From Patescibacteria group bacterium (lineage in GTDB: Bacteria; Patescibacteriota; Microgenomatia; Levybacterales; UBA12049), in NCBI GenBank assembly GCA_026004395.1, contig BPJB01000001.1:15543-79542 (forward strand): a DNA stretch of 64,000 nt, written 5' to 3'. Within the stretch, counting starts at the first letter, position 1. Every line of letters starts with the position of its first letter. This document shows positions 10,712-21,500 of this stretch, piece after piece. The position numbers and the translations under genes are program-made. The notes below the pieces were generated by a model. The model was not told the origin of the DNA. It searched no databases and was given only the letters and a program-made list of their open reading frames with translations.

Positions 10712-10736
10712 TCTATTATGATAATATCCCGCTGAT

Positions 10737-11633
10737 ATGAATACAGAACGTATTCAAGTGAGCAAATTGTTTGACAATTTGCATAATAGAATTAATAGAA
10801 GAGAATTTTTTAAAAGTGTAGCAGCTGCAACATCATCTCTTGTTTTTCCTCGAGCTGATGCAGAAGAACAGCTATTGTCGCAAGAACGGGAGCTTTCTTT
10901 CCGAGATACAAACGCTGCAATTATTTTTGTAGCTCAGTGGATTAATGATGTGTCGAGTGCTGGGTATGTTATTGACGGTGATGAATCTACTTATGGGAGG
11001 GCATGGAATAATTCTTCAGATGAGATGCGTAATCTTCTTATTTATCCTCCAGCTGAAGCAAGAATTAGAGAAATTGGTAATGTCGTAGGTTTAGATGATG
11101 GAAGATTTAAGATTACTGCAAAAGTAAACGGTTTATTTGATAAACCAAGTGTTGAGTCTACTCTTAATTTTATTGTAAGTAAAGAAGATACTGACAGATT
11201 TCAGATGGATTGGTCTGAACCTATCGATCAAACATCATCTCTTGTTTTTCCTCGAGCTGATGCAGAAGAACAGCTATTGTCGCAAGAACGGGAGCTTTCT
11301 TTCCGAGATACAAACGCTGCAATTATTTTTGTAGCTCAGTGGATTAATGATGTGTCGAGTGCTGGGTATGTTATTGACGGTGATGAATCTACTTATGGGA
11401 GGGCATGGAATAATTCTTCAGATGAGATGCGTAATCTTCTTATTTATCCTCCAGCTGAAGCAAGAATTAGAGAAATTGGTAATGTCGTAGGTTTAGATGA
11501 TGGAAGATTTAAGATTACTGCAAAAGTAAACGGTTTATTTGATAAACCAAGTGTTGAGTCTACTCTTAATTTTATTGTAAGTAAAGAAGATACTGACAGA
11601 TTTCAGATGGATTGGTCTGAACCTCTATCCTAA
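10737..11633 (+). CDS. Hypothetical protein with twin-arginine-like N-terminus and an exact internal 134-codon duplication
   Basis: INRREFFKSVAAA; the TSSLVFPRA...DWSEP segment occurs twice. Confidence 0.7.
   Translation: MNTERIQVSKLFDNLHNRINRREFFKSVAAATSSLVFPRADAEEQLLSQERELSFRDTNAAIIFVAQWINDVSSAGYVIDGDESTYGRAWNNSSDEMRNLLIYPPAEARIREIGNVVGLDDGRFKITAKVNGLFDKPSVESTLNFIVSKEDTDRFQMDWSEPIDQTSSLVFPRADAEEQLLSQERELSFRDTNAAIIFVAQWINDVSSAGYVIDGDESTYGRAWNNSSDEMRNLLIYPPAEARIREIGNVVGLDDGRFKITAKVNGLFDKPSVESTLNFIVSKEDTDRFQMDWSEPLS
10829..11624. repeat. Direct repeat of 394 bp (10829-11222 and 11231-11624), period 402 bp
   Basis: No differences seen between the copies; 8-bp junction ATCGATCA. Confidence 0.9.
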
Positions 11634-12243
11634 TTGTATATTTACCTGTGAATTACTTAAAAAATTTTTATCCAGAATCTCACCTGTTTTATTTAATTAA
11701 ATTATAATAATATTGAATATTATAAGAGCAATTATATTCTGTAGATTTTATTCCACAAATTAAATCCTCCTTAGTGGGAGGGAATACATCGATTACACTT
11801 TGATATTACTCTTAATCTTGATTTATATAAATGGTTAAAAAGAATCATTATTCTTCAGAGAAGAAAATCGAAGCAATAATCTTGATAACAATTCAAGTTT
11901 TGAAGAAGGTTTTGAGAAAGACTGCAGACAATAGGATATTCAAAATGTTGTTTAAAAACATATACGCTTAAAAATGATGTAACCTTGATGTTTTAACATA
12001 ACAATTAAAAGAAGTGATTGGGTTTTTCAAAAGTTGAGTTCAGTATATATTTATGAAGTAAACTAGGAGTTAATAACTGACTTATTAAATAAAATGCGTG
12101 AGATTAGTATACCAGTCACTAATTAAAAACCACCATTAGAATATACTCAAGAGCATTTCTTCAAAGTATTACAGATGTCCCTTCCAGCAAATATTATTGA
12201 CAAATAAGACATTAAAAAAATATGTTATAAATATAAGTGGTAA

Positions 12244-12804
12244 ATGAAATTATACAATTCACGTAAATTCATTGGAATTTTCATTTTTTTTCTCATTTTT
12301 ATTCCGTTAATAATATTCTTATTTTCATTGTATAAAAATGGAACAATTTATGTCCTAAACAAAAGTAAAAATTATTATCTTTCTTACCAAGAAACTCCAG
12401 AATTTCTGAATCTTATAACAAATTTAGAAATTTTCATTAAAGAAGTGCATTTTGAAGGGGTAAGGATTAAATTAAGTCACTTGACAATCGAACTAGTAGA
12501 TATGCCTCAAGTGGTAACTTATAGTGAAAATAATAGTAGGTATGTTATTAATTCAATAATTTTGTTGGATGATAAACGAAATAATCTCGTGATCAGAGTA
12601 TATATACCTTTAGTGAATAAAACTCTTGATGAACAAAGATTAAGTCAAATTTTCCTTCAGGAAGTTGTAACAAAACTTTATGTAATTTCACATGAAGATA
12701 CAACTACTAAGATTCTTAATAAGGAAATACCTCTTATCATGAGCATTTTTAGGAATAACCCAGAGCAAAATCCTTTTAAAATAGCTATAAAGGTACAAAA
12801 ATGA
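12244..12804 (+). CDS. Hypothetical membrane-anchored protein
   Basis: ORF of 186 aa with N-terminal TM; preceded by a TTGACA-containing promoter-like region; overlaps next start (ATGA). Confidence 0.65.
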   Translation: MKLYNSRKFIGIFIFFLIFIPLIIFLFSLYKNGTIYVLNKSKNYYLSYQETPEFLNLITNLEIFIKEVHFEGVRIKLSHLTIELVDMPQVVTYSENNSRYVINSIILLDDKRNNLVIRVYIPLVNKTLDEQRLSQIFLQEVVTKLYVISHEDTTTKILNKEIPLIMSIFRNNPEQNPFKIAIKVQK

Positions 12805-15639
12805 AAGTTTTTTATCATTTAATCTTGCCAATAATTGGTTCAATTCTTGTATTATTTTTATTTTTTGTTAATACTCAGGTCATTGACGCCTATCATATAC
12901 AAGATTGTAGTAGAACAGTTACCGGTCCAAACGGAAGTGTTCTTTGTTGCACTTATGATACTGATCTTGGAGATGGAACTGGCGGGCCGGCAGCATTATG
13001 TAATCCACCTTCTGGTGGTGATGGTAGTTATAATGGTCCGTATACTGGTGATGGTAGTTATGATGGTCCTTACAATGGTTCGTATTTACCTGATTTTCGG
13101 GTGACGTCAGTTGGTGCGAGGAATAGGAATGGTAATACTCAGTCGTATTTTGTAGCGGATTCTCCTACGTATAATATCGATGGAGATCCGATATATGTAA
13201 CTGTGGATATTTTAAATGATGGGAATGGGTATCCAGATAGTTCTTCAAGGCATGCTGTGTATAAGGATGTTGATGCATATAATAGTGGTTCAGCCTCCAT
13301 GTATATAGATTCATCTAATAACTGGCCTCCAGGGTTTACTGCTACTTATCAGTCGTGGCCTGGGGGGGTAAGGAGTGATCAGTTTACCAGTCCTTTTTTT
13401 ACGCAGCGTAATGCAGGTAGGTATAGGGTGTATGTTAAAGCCAATTATAATAATGCGGTATCAGAGTGGAATTATTCCAATAATACAGGGTCTAGCGCTA
13501 TTTATGAGGTCAGATCATCAATTTTTGGTTGGGTGTGTTGGAGTAAGAATGAGGATGCCCAGTGTGATGATGCTAGTGGGAGTACACCTGCTGATCCTCT
13601 GGTGAGTAATATTCGGATTACGTTGTATAAGGATAATAATAATAACTATGGTACGTTGGTGGCAACGGATACTACGGTGCAGACTTCTAATTGGAATAGG
13701 AGTTATGCGTTTGATAATCTGAGTGCGGGAGATTATTTGGTGAGGTGGGATGATCCTGACTGGCTGCCTATCTCCTCACAAGCTAGGACAGCGACACTTG
13801 GTCCGCATACGAGGATACGCTTTGCGGTGAAGCCAGCGTATAGGCTTTGGGGTTATGTGTTTGTGGATAATGATCGGGATGGGGTGCGGGATAGTGATGA
13901 GACGGTTGGATATTCTGGGGTGAGTGTTAGTTTGAGTGGTACAGAGAGTAGGACGACGACGACAGATGCTAGATGGGATGTATGAGTTTACGGGTCTTCC
14001 ACGTGGTACGTATACGATCACGATTACTGAGCCTAATGGGTATAAGGCGTATCCTTCAGTGAGTAAGCAGCAGGTAATAGATCTTAATGAGACTCAGAGG
14101 AACTGGAGGAATGATTTTGGGATCAATCGTGTGTATAGTATAACAGGTAGGGTTTATGCTGATGCTAATCAGGATGGGAGTTATTCAGCAGCTGATGATG
14201 TAGCGATAGTTAATCAGGGTGTTAGTTTGACAGGGAGTAGTTCAGCGAGTGTTGTTACTGCTTCAGATGGTGTGTATAGTTTTAGTAGGCTTGAGCCTGG
14301 TGAGTATTTTGTGAGTACTACACCCTCAAGTGATTATACAGTGTTGACATCCTTGCCTTTGCGGGTGGTAATCACTTCTTCTGATGTTGCTAATCAGGAT
14401 ATTCGTTTTTATGGTAAGTATACGATCTCAGGGGTGGTGTTTGTTGATGAGGATGATAGTAAGACGAAGAATAATCAGGAGCAGAATTATCCAGCTAATC
14501 CGCAGATAGCAGTTACCTCATCTCCAACTGGAGCTCCTCTTCCTCAGGTGGTGAATAATGCTGATGGTTCGTATCAGGTAACAGGACTTATCTCAGGGGA
14601 GTATACAGTGGCGTATAGTGCGCTGCCTCTTGGGTATTATGTGTTTCATCCCCGACCAGCGTTCTATGCTCCAAGAGTTGGTGTTGGCTGTAGTCCTGCG
14701 CCCCAGTCACCAGGAGGAAGCTGTGATGGAAATAACAATATAGTTGATCTGAACTTTGCGATCAAAGCTGGTGAGCCGTGGATGCAGATCTATGGTGCGG
14801 ATGTGAGGTTTGATGAGGGGTTGAATGACCCTGTGCCTCCAACACCTAATGCTGCCTGTGGTGGTGCTTATGTGATCCTGCCGGGTAGTGGTGGTACTCC
14901 TGGTGTTGGATTTAGTGGAGATCTGCCACCTAAGCTTAATCTGGGTAGTATCTCCTCTTTGGGTTGGCTGGTGGGTGGTGTCCAGTATCCCTCGTTGTTT
15001 AAGCCGGTGAGAGCTAAGGTGATCAGAACAGCTTATGGTTATCTGATGTTTGCTGTTGGTCGGGGTAATGTGCGTACTGTTAATCTCTCCTCTGTTTGTA
15101 ATCCTGCCAACTGTACTCTGCCTGCTTCTTTGGCATCAGGTATCTATACTGCAACAGGAAATGTTAATCTTAATGCTTTTACCTTTCCTGCTAATCGGGA
15201 CTATATCTTCCTCATAGATGGTACTCTGCGTATTAAAGGACAGATCCGAGTTCCCACTACCTCAACAGCTACATTCTCTGTCTCTGAGGATATACTCATT
15301 GATGGCAGTGTGGGTAGTCCTCCTTCCTGTCCTCCACCAGCTGTTGGAGCTGCTGATCTGGAGGGTTTTTACAGTGCTGATCGCAACTTTATCGTTGAGA
15401 GTTCTCCTCAGACTGACTGTTCAGCAGGTATCATCGATAAACAGCTTAATGTCCAAGGAGCAATTGTTGTGGATGCTGGACAGAGAACACCAGGTGGAAG
15501 ATTTACCAACAACAGAACCTTCTGCACCCAAAATATTGACTACCCCTCCTTCACCCTCAGAGCTAGACCTGATTTCATCCTTAATGCCCCTGAGTTCATC
15601 AAACGCGAAAACTTCATCTGGCAAGAAGTAGCACCATAA
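12801..15639 (+). CDS. Large secreted adhesin-like protein with CARDB and SdrD-B/Cna-B repeats, split by one frameshift near 13970 (ORFs 12801-13985 and 13936-15639)
   Basis: Repeated G.VF.D.N.DG / G.Y.F.GL..G.Y.I SdrD-B motifs continue across the frameshift; ends FIWQEVAP. Confidence 0.75.
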
Positions 15640-15789
15640 ATTTTAAGAATTGCTAGTTTGCTTTTTCTCAATGTAAAAAAAATCTTGCAAAGTTATTTTT
15701 TTACAATACTTACTCTACAGTTTAAAGTACTAGTTGGCTGTTTTATATAAAGGCTTGTTTAGGATATTATTTTTGCTTATACTTACTAT

Positions 15790-16824
15790 ATGATACGTCT
15801 GGCGATTAATGGTTATGGGAGGATAGGGAGGATAGCACACCGGGTTATTCTGCAAAAACACACAGATACGATTCAGGTAGTTGCTATCAATGCTGGTTCA
15901 TCAACAGATCTTAAGGGATGGATGTATCTTCTGAAATATGACTCAGTATATGGGCCTTTGTCTTTGCCTCTATCTGTGAAAGTACTAGATCAGCCCAAAA
16001 AAGATCTGCTTGGATATCTAATAGTTAATAACCAAGAGATACCTGTCTATTCGCAAAAAGATCCAGCACTTCTTCCATGGGATGAGCATCAGGTGGATGT
16101 TGTAATTGAGTCAACAGGTGCATTTCGCAAAACAGAAGATCTCAGGAAACATCTGGACGCTGGTGCAAAAGCAGTCGTACTTTCTGCTCCACTTAAGGAG
16201 GATGGAGCACCGACTATTGTTATTAGTGTTAACGAAGATCTCTACAAAGGAGAAAAGATCATCAGCAATGCATCCTGCACAACTAACTGCATTGCTCCTG
16301 TTGCCAAGATAATTGATGAGACATTAGGTATTGAAAAAGCGATGATGACCACTGTCCATGGTTATACATCAGATCAAAGACTGCAAGATGGTGGTCATAA
16401 AGATTACAGACGGGCTCGAGCGGCAGGGCTGAATATTGTCCCCACATCAACAGGCGCTACAGAAGCAGCTGCGAAGACTCTCCCTACACTGGAGGGAAGA
16501 TTTAAAGGACTTGCGCTGCGTGTTCCGGTACCCGTTGGCTCGTTGTCGGATTTTACTTTTTTGGTAAGAAGGACAACAACAGTAGAAGAGGTTAATGCTA
16601 TTTTTCAGCGTGCAGCTTTATCCGCTGCATATAAAGGAATACTGGATGTCACAAATGATCCATTGGTATCAAGTGATATTATTGGCAATCCTCACTCAGC
16701 GATTGTAGATCTTAGCTTAACACAGGTTGTTGGAGGGAACATGGTAAAAGTTGTTGCCTGGTATGACAACGAATATGGATACGCAAATCGTTTGGTGGAA
16801 GAAGCTCTGATGGTGGTTAGTTGA
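15790..16824 (+). CDS. gap: Glyceraldehyde-3-phosphate dehydrogenase, type I
   Basis: INGYGRIGR, ASCTTNC, WYDNEYGY. Confidence 0.98.
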   Translation: MIRLAINGYGRIGRIAHRVILQKHTDTIQVVAINAGSSTDLKGWMYLLKYDSVYGPLSLPLSVKVLDQPKKDLLGYLIVNNQEIPVYSQKDPALLPWDEHQVDVVIESTGAFRKTEDLRKHLDAGAKAVVLSAPLKEDGAPTIVISVNEDLYKGEKIISNASCTTNCIAPVAKIIDETLGIEKAMMTTVHGYTSDQRLQDGGHKDYRRARAAGLNIVPTSTGATEAAAKTLPTLEGRFKGLALRVPVPVGSLSDFTFLVRRTTTVEEVNAIFQRAALSAAYKGILDVTNDPLVSSDIIGNPHSAIVDLSLTQVVGGNMVKVVAWYDNEYGYANRLVEEALMVVS

Positions 16825-16855
16825 CATTTTAAAGATACTGTTTACTCTGAAAACT

Positions 16856-17500
16856 ATGGACCAACTTAATATCTTTCAGGAAATTAATGATCAGAACAAA
16901 AGAGGTGTTCTTCTTGTTCTTACTGGACCAAGTGGCGCTGGTAAAGATACCGTAATAGCTCGTCTTATGAAGAAACATCCAGAGATAATTAAGATTATCA
17001 CGACCACAAGCCGTCCCCCGCGTGAAAATGAACGTGAAGGAGCACCTTATCATTTTATATCAAGAGAGGAATTTGAAGAACGTATAGCAAGGGGTGATTT
17101 TTTCGAATGGGTAGAGTTCAGAGGAGAGTTGTATGGTACAGAGAAAAAGACACTTCTTGAAGCACTCGCTAAAGGAGTAACAGTGATTTGGAAGATTGAG
17201 ACCAAAGGAGTAAAAAACATTAAAGAGAAAATTAAACAAATGGTTCCTCGTGTTGTTTTTGTTTTTCTTACGGCTGAGAGTATTGATGAGATGAGAGATC
17301 GGGTTTACCATGATGAGGGTGAAGATGGTGCACATAAAAGATGGCACGAGTCATTAGTTATTTGGGAGATGCGTCAGTTTACAGACTGCGATTATCTTGT
17401 TGTCAACAAGAATAACAATCTTGATTCAGCGGTAGAGCAGATCGAATCGATTCTGGAAGCAAAACGGCTTGAAATTATTCAAAAACAGACCACATCATAA
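16856..17500 (+). CDS. gmk: Guanylate kinase
   Basis: GPSGAGKDT, TTSRPPRENE, YHFIS, LYGT. Confidence 0.93.
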   Translation: MDQLNIFQEINDQNKRGVLLVLTGPSGAGKDTVIARLMKKHPEIIKIITTTSRPPRENEREGAPYHFISREEFEERIARGDFFEWVEFRGELYGTEKKTLLEALAKGVTVIWKIETKGVKNIKEKIKQMVPRVVFVFLTAESIDEMRDRVYHDEGEDGAHKRWHESLVIWEMRQFTDCDYLVVNKNNNLDSAVEQIESILEAKRLEIIQKQTTS

Positions 17501-17548
17501 ATTTTTTCTTGCAAAGCGTTTCTTCTTGCATTATTATTGCAGATAGTT

Positions 17549-18121
17549 ATGAAGCGCTTTTTGTTTGCTTTATTTGTTAGCTTGTATTTTTTGATTACTT
17601 ATGTGAGTTTTGCACAAAATAATTCTTCATCATCAGCAAATCCTAATGTTGCATTAGATACTCAAAAGCCATCGGTTGACTATACGCTTCCCTATCCTGG
17701 TCTTCTTCCTGACAATCCTCTTTATCCACTAAAAATGCTTCGGGATAGAATTGTCCTTTTTCTAATCAATGATTCAGTCAAACGCACAGAGTTTTATCTG
17801 TTGCAAGCTGATAAAAGACTGCAAGCAGGAGTTTTTCTGTATCGCAAAGATCCAAGCAAAATCTCGCTGTCTCTTGACACTTTGGGAAAATCAGAACAAT
17901 ACTTCACAAAAGCAGTTAAAGAGGTAGAAAAAGTAAAACAAGAAAAAAAAGATATAGGAGCTCTTCTTAATAATCTCCAGCGAGCATCTCTTAAGCACGA
18001 GGAAGTTTTGTTGCTTTTTGAAAAAAGTGTTCCTCAGGAATATAGAAAGAGAGTGCGTGTTATTATAGACAATATGAGAAACCACCAAAATACTGTGAAT
18101 GAACTTATATCGTCCTCATAA
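17549..18121 (+). CDS. DUF5667-like secreted protein
   Basis: Signal peptide; YTLPYPGLLPDNPLYPLK...ADKRL. Confidence 0.75.
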   Translation: MKRFLFALFVSLYFLITYVSFAQNNSSSSANPNVALDTQKPSVDYTLPYPGLLPDNPLYPLKMLRDRIVLFLINDSVKRTEFYLLQADKRLQAGVFLYRKDPSKISLSLDTLGKSEQYFTKAVKEVEKVKQEKKDIGALLNNLQRASLKHEEVLLLFEKSVPQEYRKRVRVIIDNMRNHQNTVNELISSS

Positions 18122-18244
18122 GATAATTATTCCTTTCTGAACATTATTTTTGAGAAAGCTTTTGATCTTTGTAAGAAAACATTAAGTCTAAGGCTAAAAA
18201 TTTTTAGAAAAATGTAATGATCAAGATTGATATTTTTCGTTATA

Positions 18245-18297
18245 TTGACAGAAGATATATAGTGCCATATGATTTTTGTGGACACTAAATATATATC
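18245..18297 (+). promoter_or_regulatory. sigma70 promoter (TTGACA-17-TATGAT) with two NrdR boxes
   Basis: AGAAGATATATAGTGC (18250-18265) and ACACTAAATATATATC (18282-18297), 32 bp apart, resemble the acaCwAtATaTwGtg consensus; directly upstream of nrdR-nrdJ. Confidence 0.7.
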
Positions 18298-18329
18298 TGA
18301 ATAGAGTCTTTTTGGATAGGTATAAATCT

Positions 18330-18779
18330 ATGCATTGTCCGTATTGCGGTAGTAAGGAATCAGAGGTTGTTGAGACGCGAGAAAGCGAGGATTTGGATGC
18401 AATTCGAAGACGCAGAACATGTGCTGTATGTCAGAAAAGATTTACTACCTATGAGAGAGTGGAAACGGTAAATCTTTTTGTCATCAAAAAAGATGGTAGA
18501 AGAGAACAATTTGATCGCGAGAAGCTAAAAAAAGGACTTTTAAAAGCATGCGAGAAAACAACTGTTTCTGTTGCTGAGATTGATAAGATTGTTACAGAGA
18601 TTATTCGTGAGCTGAGAAGTGGCGACTCAGTTGAAATACCCAGTGAAACATTAGGGCAACTGGTGGCAGATCATCTCAAGCGAACGAATAAAATTGCTTA
18701 TATCAGATTTGCAAGTGTATTTAAACGTTTTGTTGATGTGGAAGATTTTGAGAGGGAAGTAAAAAAGTTATTAAACTAA
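18330..18779 (+). CDS. nrdR: Transcriptional repressor NrdR
   Basis: MHCPYCG, IRRRRTC..C..RFTTYE, ATP cone, AYIRFASV. Confidence 0.97.
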   Translation: MHCPYCGSKESEVVETRESEDLDAIRRRRTCAVCQKRFTTYERVETVNLFVIKKDGRREQFDREKLKKGLLKACEKTTVSVAEIDKIVTEIIRELRSGDSVEIPSETLGQLVADHLKRTNKIAYIRFASVFKRFVDVEDFEREVKKLLN

Positions 18780-18825
18780 AAAAGAAAAATTTGCAAGGTA
18801 ATTGCTAAATAAATTAGATAAACAT

Positions 18826-21297
18826 ATGGCTACACAGCTTGATGGTATAAGAAAAAAAGTATTCTTGGATAGATACTCTCTAAAAGATGAGCATGGTAAT
18901 CCTTTGGAGAAAACCCCTGAGGAAATGTGGAGACGAGTAGCCAAAGGAATTGCCTCTGTTGAAAAGACGGCAGCTTTGCGTAATAAATGGGAGAAAAAAT
19001 TCTATGATCTGATGGAAGGATTTAAATTTCTTCCCGGTGGTCGAATATTAGCAGGCGCAGGTACTGGATTTGATGTTACTTATTTTAATTGTTTTGTTAT
19101 CCCCAATCCTCCTGACTCAAGAGGTGGAATAATGCAAAATCTTACTGAGATGATTGAGATTATGGCTCATGGTGGCGGAGTGGGCTTGAATCTTTCAGGA
19201 CTGCGCCCTCGTGGCTCCCGTGTTAAAAAGGTCAATGGATTTTCATCAGGACCTATTAACTGGGCAGAGTTATATTCCTTAGCTACAAAAGATATTGTTC
19301 AACAGGGAGGATCGCGACGAGGAGCACTTATGTTAATGCTTCATGACTGGCATCCTGATATTGAAGAATTTATTACTGTCAAACAAGATCTCACCAAGAT
19401 TAATGGAGCAAATCTCTCAGTCTGCGTGTCGGATAAATTTATGGAGGCTGTGAAAAATGATCAGGATTGGGATTTGGTTTATCCCGATTTAGATGATCCA
19501 GATTATGATAAAGAATGGAATGGTGATTTGGATGAATGGCAGGCTAAAGGACATAAAGTAAAAGTTTATAAAACAGTCAAAGCTTCCTATTTATGGAATC
19601 TTATTTGTGAAGCTGCATGGCGCTCAGCTGAGCCTGGACTGCACTTTCTTGAGAGATCAAATAAACGCTCAAATACTTGGTATTTTGAAAAATTAATTGC
19701 AACCAATCCCTGCGGTGAACAGCCTCTGGGTGCATGGGCTGTATGCAACTTGGGTGCGATGAATCTTGCAGCCTACGTCAAAGATGGAGAGTTTGATTAT
19801 GAAAGCTTTGGTCAAGATGTGCACATCGCTATGCGTTTTATGGATAATGTCATTGATGACACACATTATTTCTATGAAAAGAATGAAAAAGTTGCCAAAG
19901 ATATTCGTCGAACTGGTCTTGGTATATTAGGTCTTGCCGATGCTTTGATAAAAATGAAAGTTCGTTATGGCTCAGAAGAATCATTACCGATTTTGCATAA
20001 GATCTTTCAGACCTTAAGAGACAATGCATATATTGCATCCGCAAATCTTGCTAAAGAAAAAGGACCATTTCCTAAATTTGATAAGGAAAAATATCTTGAA
20101 GGTTATCATATTAAAAGACTTCCTGAAGAGATTAGATCTCTTATTCGCAAAAATGGAATTCGCAACGCTGTGCTTTTGACTATTGCTCCCACAGGCACCA
20201 CCAGTTTGTTATCGGGAGTTTCATCCGGTATCGAACCTGTGTATGAATTTGAGTTTATTAGACGTGATAGGTTGGGTGAACACAAAATGTATCATCCTCT
20301 TTATGATGAGTGGAGAAAGGCTCATCCAGGTGAGCCAAAGCCTGATTATTTTGTCTCTGCTAATGATCTGACTCCTGAGGAGCATGTCAGAGTTCAAGCA
20401 ATAGCCCAAGAGTATATTGATTCATCTATTTCCAAGACTGTGAATGCTCCTAATAAACACACTGTTGAAGATGTGAAGAAACTTTACATGATGGCATACG
20501 ATTACGGCTTAAAAGGAATTACCTATATGAGAGATGGATCAAGACAGGGTGTTCTAAGTCGTGCTGATTCTGAGCAAAAGAAGGAAGAATTGCCCAAACC
20601 AGCTGTTCCGGTTACTCCTCGTGTTCCACGTCCTGTTGTGTTGAATGGTACGACATATAAAGCAGATAGTCCTATTGGCAGGATGTATGTCACTATAAAC
20701 CATGATGCCAATAATCAACCATTTGAAGTATTTATCACCAGCGGCAAAAGTGGATCAGACGTGATGGCTATGGCAGATGCTCTTGGACGTATGATCTCAT
20801 TTGTGCTGCGTATCCATAGTCCTGTTCCTCCTCGCGAACGACTGCGAGAGATTGTTTCAGAACTCAGTGGTATTGGAGGTGCACGCAGTGTTGGATTTGG
20901 AGAGAATAAGGTTCGTTCACTACCCGATGCAATAGCTAAAGTTTTGGCAAAACATGCAAATTTTAGGGTCAATGGCAAAGTAGAGGATAAAAGTACCACA
21001 ACTTCACTAGATAATTCGATTGCACCAAACACACAGACTAATGGATCTTTTTCCCTCAATGGCAAGAGTAATGGTGAGGCTAATTTTAATCAAGCATCAT
21101 TTTTATCCAAAGTTGATCAAATAGAGACTGATTCTGCAGGACAACAACTTTCTTTAGAGGTTTCACAACTGCAGTTAAATACTCAGCAATTGCCATCAAC
21201 CAATCTTTTTGATATCTGTCCTAGCTGTGGTGCCGGAAGTTTTGCCTATGAAGAAGGTTGTAAAAAATGCTACGCTTGTGGATATAGTGAGTGTTAA
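18826..21297 (+). CDS. nrdJ: Adenosylcobalamin-dependent (class II) ribonucleotide reductase with C-terminal TSCPD/zinc-ribbon domain
   Basis: FNCFV, RRGA, TNPCGEQ, CNLG, IAPTGT, SISKTVN, YMRDGSR, terminal CPSC...CKKCYACGYSEC; no nrdB neighbour; pduO and B12 riboswitches follow. Confidence 0.93.
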   Translation: MATQLDGIRKKVFLDRYSLKDEHGNPLEKTPEEMWRRVAKGIASVEKTAALRNKWEKKFYDLMEGFKFLPGGRILAGAGTGFDVTYFNCFVIPNPPDSRGGIMQNLTEMIEIMAHGGGVGLNLSGLRPRGSRVKKVNGFSSGPINWAELYSLATKDIVQQGGSRRGALMLMLHDWHPDIEEFITVKQDLTKINGANLSVCVSDKFMEAVKNDQDWDLVYPDLDDPDYDKEWNGDLDEWQAKGHKVKVYKTVKASYLWNLICEAAWRSAEPGLHFLERSNKRSNTWYFEKLIATNPCGEQPLGAWAVCNLGAMNLAAYVKDGEFDYESFGQDVHIAMRFMDNVIDDTHYFYEKNEKVAKDIRRTGLGILGLADALIKMKVRYGSEESLPILHKIFQTLRDNAYIASANLAKEKGPFPKFDKEKYLEGYHIKRLPEEIRSLIRKNGIRNAVLLTIAPTGTTSLLSGVSSGIEPVYEFEFIRRDRLGEHKMYHPLYDEWRKAHPGEPKPDYFVSANDLTPEEHVRVQAIAQEYIDSSISKTVNAPNKHTVEDVKKLYMMAYDYGLKGITYMRDGSRQGVLSRADSEQKKEELPKPAVPVTPRVPRPVVLNGTTYKADSPIGRMYVTINHDANNQPFEVFITSGKSGSDVMAMADALGRMISFVLRIHSPVPPRERLREIVSELSGIGGARSVGFGENKVRSLPDAIAKVLAKHANFRVNGKVEDKSTTTSLDNSIAPNTQTNGSFSLNGKSNGEANFNQASFLSKVDQIETDSAGQQLSLEVSQLQLNTQQLPSTNLFDICPSCGAGSFAYEEGCKKCYACGYSEC

Positions 21298-21401
21298 GAT
21301 TGATAAGATCAATTTTTAGAATACGAAGTAAATCAAGAGGTTGTTAGTTAGTGACAAGAAGTGAAATGTGAATTTTTTTGCATTTCACTAAAATCATTTT
21401 A

Positions 21402-21493
21402 AAGAGATATCCGGTAAGCAGGGTGAAAATCCCTCTCAGTGCCGCTACTGTAAAGACAGAAAACGGATATCTCTTAGTTGATCCCGAGCAGGA
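21402..21493 (+). promoter_or_regulatory. Cobalamin riboswitch, very compact form
   Basis: Closing helix AAGAGATATCCG/CGGATATCTCTT; GGTAAG, AGGG-TGAAAAT-CCCT, CAGT-GCCGCT-ACTG-TAA, AAGACAGAAAAC (B12-box-like); hairpin TCC-CGAGCA-GGA able to kiss the TGCCG loop. Confidence 0.75.
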
Positions 21494-21500
21494 ATTTAGT

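Noticed and set aside
10829-11624. Repeat pair as a DGR template/variable repeat
   Set aside because: The copies are identical with no adenine-specific mismatches, and there is no reverse transcriptase in the window
11634-12243. 600-bp AT-rich gap as oriC or ncRNA
   Set aside because: Only one DnaA-box-like word and no convincing structure or flanking dnaA
21402-21480. FMN riboswitch (GGGTGAAA.TCCC similarity)
   Set aside because: Lacks the remaining FMN helices; GCCGC(T/A)ACTGT and the pduO/nrdJ context fit cobalamin
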